Assembly (NCBI RefSeq): GCF_048593235.1
Contig: NC_133619.1
Location: 227,306,454 to 227,370,453 of the forward strand
Reading direction: 5' to 3'
DNA length: 64,000 nt
DNA from: Sminthopsis crassicaudata
Lineage: Eukaryota
The notes beneath the pieces are model-generated. The model had not been told where the DNA came from and did no database searches. It saw only the letters and a program-made list of their open reading frames with translations. A program made the position numbers and the translations under genes. How positions within the stretch are numbered: position 1 is the stretch's first letter; every line of letters begins with the position of its first letter. This document shows positions 1 to 12,352 of the stretch, piece after piece.

Positions 1-40
1 GGCCGCATCTGGCCCACGGGCTGTAGTTTGAGGACCCCTG
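1..40 (+). mobile_element. Right end of an OC1 (OposCharlie1)-like hAT MITE, cut by the window edge
   Basis: GGCCGCATCTGGCCCACGGGCTGTAGTTTGAGGACCCCTG is the reverse-complement counterpart of the left end of the full copy at 45166-45361 and ends in the TIR TTTGAGGACCCCTG. Family name is from recalled consensus. Confidence 0.7.
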
Positions 41-397
41 TTTTAGGCCTTAGGCTATATTTATTCCCTCTTAATGTTTGATGGGATAAAGGTCTTTATC
101 CATTTTAGACATCATTAGAGTATCAGGAGCCTCTCCAGTACTCCCTCCATTATGCCTGCCTCCATTACATCAACCTCATCCTGAGTTCCTCCCCCCATTA
201 GGTCATCCCCACCCAGGTACCTCCCCCATTACATCATTGTTCTTGTACCCCTATAATCCTGTATCCAATATTCACTTCTGGTTTCAGCCCTGGGACCAAG
301 CCTTTGATCCATTTGGTCCCGGTAAATCTCTCCATTTAATAAATTCTGTATTGAATCCTCTCTAATCTCTATGTTGCTCAGTTTCTACAGCATTACA
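41..397 (+). mobile_element. LTR (solo, or 5' LTR of the downstream ERV)
   Basis: TATA-like CTATAAT near 251, AATAAA near 338, ends ...CATTACA at 397. No matching second LTR in the window and no clear primer-binding site after it. Confidence 0.55.
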
Positions 398-559
398 AGA
401 CCTCCATTAGAGAGGATAAGTACTATGAATCAAGGGTTAGGAACAATCTAAAGTAGCTGGCTCCAAGAACCTGTACGTATGTATACAGGAGATAGCCCTC
501 TAGATAATAGTCTACCTGGGAGATAGCCTTCTAGATAATAGTCAAGAACTGGGAGAAAC

Positions 560-2010
560 TATCAAAATGTTCCGGGAAGGACAAAAAGAAAATCACTAAA
601 TACTGTTGTTTTGTTTAGGCAAGCCCCTCCCCCCCAGGAGATGTCTTCTGTGCCAAAAATGGAATCAGTTTGTAAATTCAAAGGAGCCGGTTAATTGTGA
701 GGAGAGTGAATGTGTAGCGGAGGGTGGGACAATCTGTTTTGAAGGAGGAGGGAGAGGAGCCTTGGGACCTCTCTGGCCCTGCCTCCTCCCTATGCCCTCA
801 GCTAGGCTTGAGCTCCAGAACATCCCTGGGAGGAGCCCAGGAAGGGAGCTCCATTGATTACCGCCATTAACTATTTCCTCTCCTCCTGGCCCTCTATGGA
901 GGGAACTTAAGCAAACTAGCTTGTTTCCACTTAGAGAGGTCCCCTCTCCCAGGGAGGAATTGGGTTTGTAAATGCTCCCCTGAGCAACACAGAGGTGAGA
1001 AACTTTAAAAATGAGACAAACGCCCTTTTAGCAGATCCATCCGGTTAGTTGAACATTTGACCAATTCTTAAGTCCTAACACCTATACTGGACAGAATCGA
1101 GGTCAGTCTTAGAGAAACTCTTCCCTGGAGAAGGGCAGGGGCAGATTAGGAGAGCTGCAATGAGGACCCGGGATAGTGCCCGCCCGGTTGCACAAGGAAG
1201 ACCCAGGAGAGAACAAACATTCCCCCTTCAGGATCTCAATTGGATCATAACAATCCAATTTGTCTGGCTCAGAATGGTGAGTGACCACCATAAAATAAAA
1301 AAAATCTGGAGAGCTCTCTAGGAACAAAATGGAGGTTTATCATACGTTCTCAAGAGAATCAGACGTTCCTCCAGTGGAATAAGCAATGGAAAAGAGGAGG
1401 CAGTTCTGACCTCAGTTTAAATAGTCCCTAACACAAACACCCCTCCCACCACTGACCCTCATCCTCACTGGGCTGAGGAGCTTACATTCTAAACTCAGGA
1501 ACTACCCAGGACAATGAACTCTGGCTAAGTACATCGCTGCCCATATGAGGGACCTAAGACAAATGCTTGTTCAGGGTACTGGAAATATGGTCCCTCGAAG
1601 TAAAAATATATTTATAAAGTAACAAGTTAAGCAAAAAAGGAAGAGACGCCATAGACCTTTTTAAATAGATTCAAGAAAGATTAGAAGAAAATGATGCTAG
1701 GGTGAAAAGTCTGCTTGGGGCATACCTTGTCACCAATTCATGGCCAAATATAAACAAAAAACTCCAGAAGCAAGAGGGGTGGCTGACCAAGCCTTTGGAT
1801 GAATTATTAGAAATGGCTCAGAAGGGTTATGTGACCAGAGGAACTGAGAAGAAAGAAAGGGAAATGACGTTACATTCCCTCAGACAACAGGAAGAGCATG
1901 AAGTTATGCTTCAGATAGTGCTAAGTCTGTAATGAAAAATCAAGAACAACCTGGTAGAGGTAGGGACAATTGTGGACTAGACGGACATATAAGGAGGGAT
2001 TGCCCACCAA
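560..2010 (+). mobile_element. Degraded class I (gamma-like) ERV gag
   Basis: MA-like KDKKKITKYCCFV* near 580-620; capsid-like EVRNFKNE near 995; VTNSWPNINKKLQKQEGWLTKPLDELLEMAQKGYV (ORF 1702-1932); zinc-knuckle remnant CGLDGHIRRDCP at 1971-2006. Many stops and frameshifts. Confidence 0.85.
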
Positions 2011-2060
2011 AAAAAAAGGGAACAAAAGATCTACTCCCTCATAAAAAAGTAGAAGGACAA

Positions 2061-2927
2061 ATTGGCTAAGATGACAGGAAAAGATAGTGATGAATGTTGG
2101 AGGGGCTGTGGGAAAACTGGGACACTGATGCATTGTTGGTGGAGTTGTGGAAGAATCCAACCATTCTGGAGAGCAATTTGGAACTATGCTCAAAAAGTTA
2201 TCAAACTGTGCATACCCTTTGATCCAGCCGTGCTACTCCTGGGCTTATGTCTCAAGGAAATACTAAAGAAGGGAAAGGGACCTGTATGTGCCAAAATGTT
2301 TCTGGCAGCTCTTTTCATAGTGGCTAGAAACTGGAGACTGAATAGATGCCCATCAATTGGAGAATGGCTGAATAAATTATGGTATATGAATGTTATGGAA
2401 TATTATTGTTCTGTAAGAAATGACCAGCAGGATGATTTTAGAGAGTCCTGGAGAGACTTACATGAACTGAGGCTGAGTGAAGTGAACAGAAGCAGATCAT
2501 TGTACATGGCAACAGCAAGATTATACAATGATCAGTTCTGATGGGATGTAGCTCTTTTCAACAATGAGATGACTCAGGCCAGTTCCAATGGTCTTGTAAG
2601 AGAGAGAGACATTTATGCCCAGAGAGAGGACTGTGGGAACTGAATGTGGATCACAAAATAGCATTTTCGCTTCTTTTGTTGTTTGTTTGAATTTTTATTT
2701 TCTTTCTTGTTTTTTCCCCTTTTGACTTGATTTTTCTTGTGCAGCAAGATAATTGTATAAATACATATTCCTATATTGGATTTACATATATGTTTATGAT
2801 GATTAACATATTGAATTATTTGTCATCTAGGGGAGGGAATGGAGAGAAAGAAGAAAACTGGAACACAAGATTTTGCAAGGATCAATGGTGAAAAATTATC
2901 CTTGCATATGTTTTGAAAATAAAAAGC
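2061..2927 (+). mobile_element. L1 3' fragment (ORF2 C-terminus plus 3' UTR) inserted in the ERV
   Basis: ORF 2062-2541 reads CWRGCGKTGTLMHCWW...IPFDPAVLLLGL...CPSIGEWLNKLWYMNVMEYY, the L1 ORF2 Cys-rich tail. Marsupial-type 3' UTR ending AATAAAAA. Confidence 0.95.
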
Positions 2928-2931
2928 TTCA

Positions 2932-3009
2932 GGGGCAGCTAGGTGGCACAGTGGATAGAGCACCAGCCCTGAATTCAGGAGGACCCAAGTTCAGATCTGA
3001 TCTCAGACA
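2932..3009 (+). mobile_element. WSINE1-like tRNA-derived SINE head, running into an assembly gap
   Basis: GGGGCAGCTAGGTGGCACAGTGGATAGAGCACCAGCCCTGAATTCAGGAGGACCC; same family as 15844-16000 and 46186-46335. Confidence 0.85.
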
Positions 3010-3166
3010 NNNNNNNNNNNNNNNNNNNNNNNNNNNNNNNNNNNNNNNNNNNNNNNNNNNNNNNNNNNNNNNNNNNNNNNNNNNNNNNNNNNNNNNNNNN
3101 NNNNNNNNNNNNNNNNNNNNNNNNNNNNNNNNNNNNNNNNNNNNNNNNNNNNNNNNNNNNNNNNNN
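3010..3166. other. Assembly gap (157 N)
   Basis: Run of N seen directly. Confidence 1.
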
Positions 3167-3179
3167 AGACTTATGAAAG

Positions 3180-3370
3180 AACTCACCCAGAGCCCTTCAT
3201 AAATTTAAGAGTGGGACCAGACAAAAAGGAAGAGGTTTTCTTGATAGATACTGGGGCTATTAGATCCTCTATAACTCAATTGCCCTGTGGGTTCAGATTG
3301 TCCAAAGAAACTATCTTAATTTCAGTTGTAAATGGAGAGAATTTTATTGTACCTCTTACTGAGGTTTTAG
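3180..3370 (+). mobile_element. ERV protease remnant (same orientation as gag)
   Basis: Reads ...VGPDKKEEVFLIDTGAIRSS..., with the retroviral aspartic protease DTGA motif. Confidence 0.85.
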
Positions 3371-3379
3371 AGATGCTGA

Positions 3380-4950
3380 CTTTGGAGAAACTCCTGCTAG
3401 TCCTACTTAGCCAATGGTATTCAGGTTGAACGAGTAGTTGGAAGTTCATAGCTTGGAGTCTGGACAAAACAAATCTCACAAGTAGGTTAAAAATGCAGGG
3501 GCAAAAAAAAAGAATTATTAAAAGTGGAGTTAGTATAGGGGTTAGTAGGGATGTTAACCAGGAACTGCATCCAGAGGAAAGCTGGGGGAGTGAGATGAGA
3601 CCTTCATGAATGTCTCCCAATCTAGCCAGCTTTCTCTAGGATCCTCTTGGTAAGAAGCTCAACCTTCCCTGAGTTGTTGATGTACAAACCACAGGAGGAA
3701 TTGGCAAGGGTGCAGACACCACCACTGGAGGCAAGAAGATAATCTAAGGTCAACCTGTTATCTAAAACCAGGTTAGCAAGAGAGTCCAGAGACTCTTGGA
3801 TCTCTCGGAGAGAGAGTGTGTAGTTTCGTTGGCCGGTGGTTGATTGTGGCAGTCAGGATGGAGAGGATATTCTCATGTTCTAAATATCCTACCCAAGGAA
3901 ACAGCATTGCTGTGCCTTTCCTTAAATACTAAAGAACATTTCCCCCAAGTCCCCCCTTTTGTCTCCTTGAAGGGGTGGAAGTAGTGTTCCAAACAGTTGC
4001 ATTATACACACTGAAAAGGGTACTCGGGTGGCCTAGGGTGCAAGCACCATAATGTTTAAAGGTGTTAAACATTGAGTAGGGAGGATGACTGGTTAAGGGG
4101 GGTTCCAGTCAGAGTCATTCCTTTTAATGGGTCCCTCAGAAACTTTAAAGCAGAATGGAAAACTCATTTTACAAAGAAAAGCACATCCCTTCGGTGCACA
4201 GACGGTACCTGAGGTCAAGTTTTATAGTAGCTTCCTAGTCAGATGTCCCCAAGGAGGATTATAATTATATGACATTATACCAGCAGGAATGTCAGTTCTC
4301 AGGAGTTATGAGAAGCTTCAAGGAAGGTGGTGTCGAAGCATTATGAGTGAGTTTGCCAGAATAATTTTGGAGTGGATAGCTAGGAATAGCCCATAGTCAT
4401 AGGTACAGCGAGCCCTTGACCACCTGTACAGCTAGTCCAGGTTATCAGGTGAAATTGCAGCAGGTGTGAGAGGGGTTGCACTCACTTGATCCAACAGTAT
4501 TAGTGGTGCAAATCATGTCCCAGCATCCGGGATGTAAACATGGCCATTATGGGTCACAGTGACAGTTTCTGTACCAGTGATATAGGTGTTGAGATATGTG
4601 GGTAAGAGATCTTTTCCAGCAAGAAAACGGGATAGTCAGGTCAAAGTAATTCCCCTGGGGGGGGGAGATAGTAGTACAAAGGGGGTAGCATCCAGAGTGG
4701 AGATGGTAACATTTGGGAATGGGGCCTTTGCAAATAATGCATCATGTGCCATATGTGGGCTGCCTTGAGGATGCTGAGGGTACACTCAACAACCCTGAAT
4801 GCCCCCTCAACCCACAGAGTTCCCTAGCCTTAGTAAGTATTATCTCCCCACTGGTCCACAAAGTGACACAGAGAGCTGGAGAGAAAATACTATGCACAAA
4901 GCTCTCATCCTCGGAGTGTTGTTAAAGGTACACCTGGAAAAAGTGGAAAA
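3380..4950 (-). mobile_element. Degraded gamma-type ERV env of a second element
   Basis: Minus strand: signal-peptide-like MRALCIVFSLQLSVSLCG from ATG 4908; ISD-like LREIQESLDSLANLVLDNRLTLDYLLASSGGVCTLANSSCGLYINNSGKVE near 3810-3660; TM SWLTSLLTPILTPLLIILFFCPCIFNLLVRFVLSRLQ (ORF 3276-3620). Stops and frameshifts present. Confidence 0.85.
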
Positions 4951-5039
4951 TAACAAGAAAGACAGCTAGAGGGAGGGAGGGAAGGACACAGACAATTTCA
5001 CCCTTCTCTATCCAGAATATTTCCAGGAGTCCTGTGGAA

Positions 5040-6100
5040 GAGTAGTTTCAGATCCTCTATGGGTTCCCAGGAATATGCAGGAATGTCTGAGGGAGAAGAG
5101 GTAATAGGAGTAGCACTTTTAATTCTAGAAAAAGGAGTGCAGCTGGGGAACCCTTCCAGTTTGACTGACATTGGAGTAGTCAGAGTGACCTTATATGGTC
5201 CTTTTTACTTTATACCTAGAAGGTCAGCACCTTGTGGCTTCCAAGATTTCAAGTACGCCACGTGCCCTGGATTTACAGGGGAGGCAGTCTGAGCACGATT
5301 ATCTGTAGTGATATAGGGAGATGCTCATTTGTGTGTTCAGAAAGGGCTTTCTGGACTGCACCGAGCTGTGTGGCAAACTAAGGGAGGAGATGCTGTTCTG
5401 GATCCACAAGTGTCAGTGGTTAGGAAAGACCTCCCATGCAAAAGTTCAAAGGGGCTCAGCTTAATGTTCCCGGAGGTGCAAGGCGGGCTCTAAGAAGCCC
5501 TAATGGGAGATTCTTCACCAATCCTCTGGAGTCTCTAAGTACAGTTTTGTCAGGACTTGCTTGAGGGTGTTACTCGTTTTCTCCACCTTCCCAGAAGCCT
5601 GAGGACGCCAGGCAGAGTGGATGGAGGTGGTGAGTGACCTTAAGTGCCTCGGCCACATTTTGAGAAGTGAAGCCTGGGCCATTCTCTGTCAAACCGAGAC
5701 TTGATCTCTTTTAGCAAACACTTTGATACCTCCTGAGCCTCCTTAGTCTTGCGAGGAAAGGCTTCCACCCAATCAGTAAAGGTGTCAACAAAGACCAAAA
5801 GCAACTTGTAACCGCTGCTGGGGGACATAGGTGGAAAGTCTGTTTGCCGATCTTCCCCTGGGTGTGCTTCTCTAAACAGGCTTCAGCCGAGGGGGAGGTC
5901 TAACCCAAAATACCCCATTCCTTAAGAGGGAAAAGGAGGACTACAACCTGTAATCCAAGGATTTCTAGAGCTCTGCAAATCTCCCTTTAAAACCCCAATA
6001 CCACTTAAGAAGGGAGACAGATCCTATAGGTCGTTGCAGGATTTGAAGGAAATAAAATAGTCCTCCCTTTTCATCCAGTGAATGGGTACCAGATCCATAT
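5040..6100 (-). mobile_element. Degraded ERV integrase belonging with the minus-strand env
   Basis: YKLLLVFVDTFTDWVEAFP, HSAWRPQASGKVEKTSNTLKQVLTKL and LSPFELLHGR motifs on the minus strand. Confidence 0.85.
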
Positions 6101-6119
6101 ACAATAATGGGAAAGACTT

Positions 6120-7900
6120 TTGAAACCAGTCAGTGATTTAGAGTTGTAGACAGGGATATCTTTGCCTTTGAATGGGAAGACTGGATAAAACCAGAAGAAA
6201 ACCTGAAGTATAGATAGTGTGTTCTACCCCAGGGATATACAGAATCCCCTAAGCTGTGTGGGCAAGTGCTAAAACTATTTTGGGGAAATTTAGAGCTCCC
6301 CCAGGTACCCAGATGTTGTAATATGTTGGTGAAAAAGAGGTCAGTGAGTCCTCCACTGAATTGCTAAACTACCTGGGGGGAGGGGAGGGCTGGGAGTCTC
6401 AAAAGAAAAGCTACCATTTTTGGAAAGGGAAGTATTAGTGAGGGGAGTAAACTTTAGGTGCTCAACCAAGCACTACAGTTATTGGAAGAGAAGGAAGGGA
6501 ATGACTCTAAGTATGGCGGGTGGTGGAAAAATTTGGGAAGAAAGGAGTATGGTTAGCAGTAGGGGTAAGGCACTAACCCACACTACATCACAGTCCTGAG
6601 AAACATCTTACTGCCTGAGACCATTGCCATGGGACATGTGAAAGGGCATCCACCTGGTCAGCCGTTGGAAGCTAGAGAAAATGGAAGCGAGACTGGGCTG
6701 GCCCCCTGTTGGTCTTGACCCCCTCCTTTCCCCCAAGTCTAGCCACTGACCTTGGTCAGAAGAGGAGAGAGCCGGGCCCAGGGGACTGTAAGGGTGAATG
6801 TCACCTCCCTGATGGCCCAGAAGTGCTGAATAAGGCAACCGTGAGGCCAGATTTTACTGCAGGGCAGTTGCTGGGACCTCCAAAGCCTGTGTTCTCAGCT
6901 CCTGGCCTGGAGACCCTTGCACACTACCTAGCGGATGGTTGCCTTATTTGTCAAAGGACAGGTGAGTCTGCCCTCGCCAGGCCCCAGCAGGAGGAAGACC
7001 CCGGGCCTTTTCAGGTGCACTTTACTAGCTGCTTTTGGTGGGTCTCCTCAGATACCCGCTTGTTGTGATAGACCATCTGACCTCATAGGTAGAGGCCTTC
7101 CCAGGGACCCAAACTGCTGCTCGGGCTGTTAGATCTTATTGAAACAAATTATTCCCAGCCATGGGAGGAGGGAGAGCATAGCCACGGACCAGGGGGCTCA
7201 TCTTACCTCTAAGGTTCTCCAGTCCCTGGAAAAGACCTAGGATATTACCTGGGAGTTCATACTCCTTGCCACCCTCCTTCCTCAGGTAAGGTGGAAAGAA
7301 TGAACCAGGAAATCAAGAGACAGCTGACCCTCCTCAGAATTAGGGCCAAACCTCCGAGGAATATTGGATAATCCCCCGTGAGCTCCTCTTTGGACATCCT
7401 CATGGGGAAGAGGGGAGGGAAACTGGGACCCCATTTTTTTTTTTAATTATAGCTTTTCATTTACAAGATATATGCAGGGGTAATTTTCAACACTGACAAT
7501 TGTCAAACCTTTTGTTCTAATTTTTCCCCTTCTTCCCCCATCCCCTCCCCCAGATGGCAGGTAGACCAATACATGTTAAATATGTTAAAATATATGTTAA
7601 ATACAATATTGGGACCCCATATTTAACAGTAGACAAATTCCTCAGGAATTATATGGCAAAACATTTGACTCTGTTGCAGAATAAAGGGCTGATTGCTCAG
7701 ACTTCACCCCTAGGGTTCCCTGTACACAACTTTCAGCCTGGGCACTGGGTGCTGATGGAACATGGAAAGAGGAAACACTCCCTCCCCCTGGGGAGGACCT
7801 TTCCAAGTCTTGCTGACATCGGACATCGATGGGAGGACCAAGGAGAAAGGCTGGACTCACCACCCTCAGACTAAGGGACCTGTTACCATTCCCACTCAGT
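6120..7900 (+). mobile_element. Degraded ERV pol (RT, RNase H, integrase fragments) continuing the + strand gag-pro element
   Basis: RT VLPQGYTESP near 6225-6260; RNase H LPETIAMGHVKGH near 6610-6650; IN PCHPPSSGKVERMNQEIKRQLT near 7260-7330; IN tail GLIAQTSPLGFPVHNFQPGHWVL...WGGPFQVLLT near 7685-7820. Confidence 0.8.
7435..7609 (-). mobile_element. 5'-truncated L1 3' UTR with poly(A) and TSD
   Basis: T-run at the left end; flanked by an 11-bp direct repeat TGGGACCCCAT (7424-7434 and 7610-7620); sequence matches the L1 3' UTR at 13120-13260. Confidence 0.9.
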
Positions 7901-8357
7901 GGAGGTGGATTCAAACCATCCCCCCAGACCTCCCGCTGGGGGGGGAACATATGAATCGTGAGAATATGTGCAGGAAGTTTGTGATCTATTTCTTTTAGCA
8001 TTCCTGTTGTTGCTGACTTTAGTGATAGACATTTTTATTCTAATTGCTGGGGACACAAGTGATTGGGGTGATAGGTACAGAACCCCAATTTACAAAGATT
8101 GAGCAACCTGGAGAAGGACGTCTAGTTAGACAAGGATGGACCCCACTAGATTAAAAGGACAAGTCAGGTCCAGAGAGACTGGAGACTTGGAACAAACTGA
8201 TTGAGGAAATGTTATCAAGAATGGTGTGAGAGGTCTTCAAAGGATAAATAAAAAATGGAAGAATTGTGAGTAATTAACATGAGAGAATTCTGAAGATGCT
8301 CTCATGGGGAAATAGCCTTAAACTACACTTTACTTGTGACTTGAGACTTTATAATGA

Positions 8358-8890
8358 TGTTGAGGTTGGAAAGGGACCCCAAAAGTTTAGGATCCCAGAC
8401 CAGTATCATAATTTGTCTCAAAAGAATTTTCAGGCTTGAACCCATTTCCCAGTCAAAGGACAAAGTTTATTATAATTGTAATGTCATTACAAGTGGTCTA
8501 AATTCCAAGAGAATTTAGCATAGCAACAGAAGCAGAGACACATTTATCTAGTTCTTCATGTTATGGATATGCTAATTTTGTGGCCCACAGTTAGGACCAA
8601 GGAGTGTTTTCTGAAATTTGGTTCTCACTGACCCACAGATTTCTGACAGTCAGCAAGAAACTGAGGAGAGATCTATTCACTATTGTCTCAGGCCTTTGGT
8701 CCTGGGACTACCCTGAGGCCAGGAGACTTCAGAACCTAGACAGATAGTTATTTTTAGTTTGGGTGTGGGAGTCTCCTGGGCCAGACTCCAAAGCCAGAGC
8801 ACTTAGAATTACTAATTTATTGTTAGAACAGAAGTCCCCTGAGGTTAGGGAACTTCAAAATCATTGCTGTCTCCCCTAGAAGCTATATTA
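8358..8890 (+). repeat. ERV-internal segment, homologous to 11750-12352 in inverted orientation
   Basis: Shared TGTTGAGGTTGGAAAGGGACCCCAAAAG and further colinear blocks (GAATTTAGCA, GAGACACATTTATCTAGTT, TTGTTAGAACAGAAGTCCCCT). Confidence 0.75.
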
Positions 8891-11269
8891 CATCAATAAT
8901 ATATAGCTATAGCTAAAAGTGGAAGGTGTTGTCCCCTCCTATTTCCCACCACTTCTAAATGAGCATTTTTTAAGTAGTGTTTTTAAAGGTGATGATGGCT
9001 TGGAATTCTATATCTGTTTGTATATCAGTTCTCTAGGGAAATTTAAATTAAATTAAGAATTTATTATTATTTATTTATATTTTGTTTCTAGGTTAGGTTT
9101 CTGGGATTAGAATGTAAACCTGGATTCCCTCAAACAATGGGAGAAAAGGCCAGTAGGGAAACTTTGGGGGCTTCTGTTTTCAGGCTGTTTAATTTGGTTT
9201 TGCAGTTTATACTTTGCACTTCTACTGACAAACACCTTGTCAGATGGGAGATGCCCTTTCTCAGGAGATCATAATAAGAACTCTTTTTGCTTTTTTACTC
9301 TGAGAGTCTTTGGTTGTTTTTGTGGATGACACTGTCCCACACATCTGCATTTCTCTATCCCCAAGATAGGCTGGGAAAACTAAGTTCCCATCAAGTTTGT
9401 CTTAAAGCTTGTTCTGACTGTCTTTAAAGATGCTACCAAGACTATCCAGACAGTCTCAGAAAGGATGGTCTGTTTAAGAGTTTTGGCCTTACATCATTGA
9501 GACAATGGATTCTGAATGAAAGTTGATTGAGTTTCCAGCCTCTCCTTATTTTATGCAAACAGGAGAATCTGGAAAATTGACCTGATCATAGTTGACAAAG
9601 GAGCAGGATGGACTTCTTTTAATTCTTGAAAATAAATTAGTTTAGTATTCACTTCATGAGTACTTTGAGGAGGAAGAAAAGACTAGATGTTAGTGTGGAT
9701 ATTATTTTTAAAACAGATATTTTTAAACTTTAAAAAACTTTATTGATTTTTTTTAATTTTAGCATTACCTTCATTTCCAAATATATATTTCCCTTTCCCT
9801 CTCTAAGAGCCTTATAAAAATAACAATATAATATAATAATAATAGCAGGGGATGGGAAAAGGGAGAGGAAGCAGTTTCAGAAAAAAGAAACTAACCAATA
9901 CAGCAATAGAGCCTGACAAATCCGCAATATTTCACACCCATATTTCTATGCCTTTGCAAGGAAGGGTAGGAGATTATATACTATAGCTTTCTAAACTGGG
10001 AGAATCAGAAGTCATTATCTTTTAAGTAGATCTTTCTGGAGGATCAAGGAAGGATCATCAACCAAAGAACTGGAAAGAAGTTGTTTAGGGGTCTTTGAAA
10101 GAGGAGATGACAGAAGGAAGAAAACAATGGATTCATTTTTTCTTTCTATGGAAGGAAAGTGCACAACACTCTGAGTTTTAGCCAGATCTGTCAGAGACAC
10201 ATTTTATTATTTTACAAGCATTTTTTTTGGAAAGAGATTCTGGCCAGAATTTCCTTTGCTCAACAGACAAGTCTCTTACTTAAGCAATTTCCAACTCATT
10301 TTTCTAATAGTACTGACACAAGAGATGAAAAAATTCCACAACACTGACAAAACCAAAGTACTGATTTTTCACTTAGAGTTTCAGTTTGATTTTTTTTTTT
10401 TTAACCAAAGGGAATAACAGTAACTTTAATATTGATGCACATATTCTTTTGGGGAAGATGTTTTGCCCCCAAACTAAGGACAGTGTAGTCCACAGTTAGT
10501 AAAAGACACCCACTTTTCTTTTTAATCTATTGGGAAATTGATGCTTCATATTTCTCAAGACATAAAACAGTTTTGAGGATTGTTAATTAGCCATTTATTT
10601 CACCTTAGTTCTGCACTGTTGAAACAACTATTAGTCTGTATCTTCTGGTAAAACTGTCCAGCTTTAAGTCCATCCTCTTGTTCATATCTATCCTGTCCTT
10701 GAGTGTTGGAGTAGTACTGAAGACTTTTTCCCTGTCACCATTCATCTGTGGACCTCTCAGACTTTTAGGGTCACTTCCAAACCCAGACATGGGCAACTCA
10801 GAATAAATTCCTGTTCACCCAGGGTCAGGAAAAAATCACTAAAGAAGTCACCCAATCTGAGTCTTAGTGGCCCTGGCAGGATAAGTACTGATGGAAGGCC
10901 TGTGTAGGGAGAGAAAAACAAACCTCTGGAAACTGAGTTGTGGGTTCTTCTGACTGGGAAGTCATTGACTCTTTAGGAGCTCAGAATCTAGGCTTTTTAA
11001 TCCCTAGTCATGCCAGAAGCAGGTTCCAAAACTTTACATGGTAGAACAAGAACCAAAAATGTCAACTCTTAAGTGTTCGTCATAGGACAGCCCCAGAGGA
11101 GAATTCAAACTCAATACACTTTTGAGGAAACTGATTAGGAGTTTTATTCATGGAAGGAAAGAGAGATTAAGAATATCGGACAAAAGACACTGCTTCATTA
11201 ATTCCTAATTTTTGGAACACAATGGAAACCTTATTGGATCTGCCAGCCACAAGTCTCTCCCCAGTCCTG

Positions 11270-11745
11270 TGCATCCTCTATTTAGCCATCAAAGTTATTT
11301 TCCTAAAGTGAAGTTCCAATGGTACCACCCTATTTGGTAACTCCAGTAGCCCTCTCTTAGTTTCAAGATCAAATAACAAGTCCTTTATTTAGTTTTCAAA
11401 TCTATTCCTTCATAATCTTCATAATCTATTCCTCCTCCCCTTCTCATCTTCTTATACCCCTAGTCTACTTCAATCCAATGTCACTGCTCTGCTTTGTATT
11501 CCACAAACATCTCTGAGCTCCAAACTTTTTCTCTGATTGTCACCCCCATCCCCAGAACATTCTCCCTTCTCCTCTTGGTTTTCTGCCTTCCTTTAGATCC
11601 CAGCTAAAACCTACCTTCTACAAGAAGCTTTTCCCAACCCCTCTTAACCCTATGACTTTCCCTTTGTTTATTATCTCCTATTTATCTTGTCTCTACCTTG
11701 TTTGTACATATTTATTTCTTTCTTGGCTCCCCCATAGACTGTGAA
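11270..11745 (+). mobile_element. Old L2 fragment
   Basis: Pyrimidine-rich L2 3'-type sequence (TCCCAGCTAAAACC...CTTCTACAAGAAGCTTTTCCC). Confidence 0.6.
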
Positions 11746-11749
11746 CCTT

Positions 11750-12352
11750 AATATAACTTTTATGGGAGACAGTAATAATTTTAAGGTTCCCTGACCTTAG
11801 GGGACTTCTGTTCTAACAATCTGTTGATGATTCTAAATCTTCTGGCTTTGGAGTCTGTGATCCTGAGGCCCTCTGATCCAAGAATGCTATTGTTCTGTCA
11901 ATGATTGTAAGTTTTCTGGCCTAGGAATATAATAATATATCTTCCCTTAGACTTTGAGAAAGATATATTAGTAATCCTGAGATTCTCTAACCTTAGAATA
12001 CCATTATTCAGACAAGCTTGGCTGTCAATGATTCTAAAGTCTTCTGGCTTTGATGGTCCTAGGTTATCACTGGTCAGTGATAACCAAATTCCTGAAATCA
12101 CTCCTCAGTTCTATCTCTAGGCCATAAAATGAGCATATCAGTAACATGAACTAGATAAATGTGTCTCCTTGCTTCTGGTGCTTTGCTAAATTCTTTGGAC
12201 TTTAGCCCACTTCAATTGGCTTCACAATTACATTAAACTTTGCCCTCTGACTTGGAGATGGGTTTAAGCATGAAATTTTTTTTTTTTTTTGAGACACCTT
12301 GAAACACGGTCTGCGACTCTTAGCCTTTTGGGGTCCCTTTCCAACCTCAACA
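11750..12352 (-). repeat. ERV-internal segment, inverted homologue of 8358-8890
   Basis: See 8358-8890. Contains internal AAAGCCAGAAGA(C/T)TTTAGAATCAT repeats. Confidence 0.7.

Noticed and set aside
488-543. 25-bp direct repeat pair as a CRISPR-like array
   Set aside because: Only two copies with a 6-bp spacer in a eukaryotic ERV leader, where short tandem duplications are common.
2873-3202. ORFs 2873-3202 (+) and 2929-3186 (-)
   Set aside because: Artefacts of translating across the N gap.
3380-4950. env as a domesticated, syncytin-like gene
   Set aside because: In-frame stop right after the signal peptide, frameshifts, degraded furin site and a mutated CX6CC (CTLANSSCG).
10605-10796. Minus-strand ORF with VFSTTPTLK, faintly like an integrase C-terminus
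   Set aside because: Match too short and not supported by neighbouring integrase motifs.
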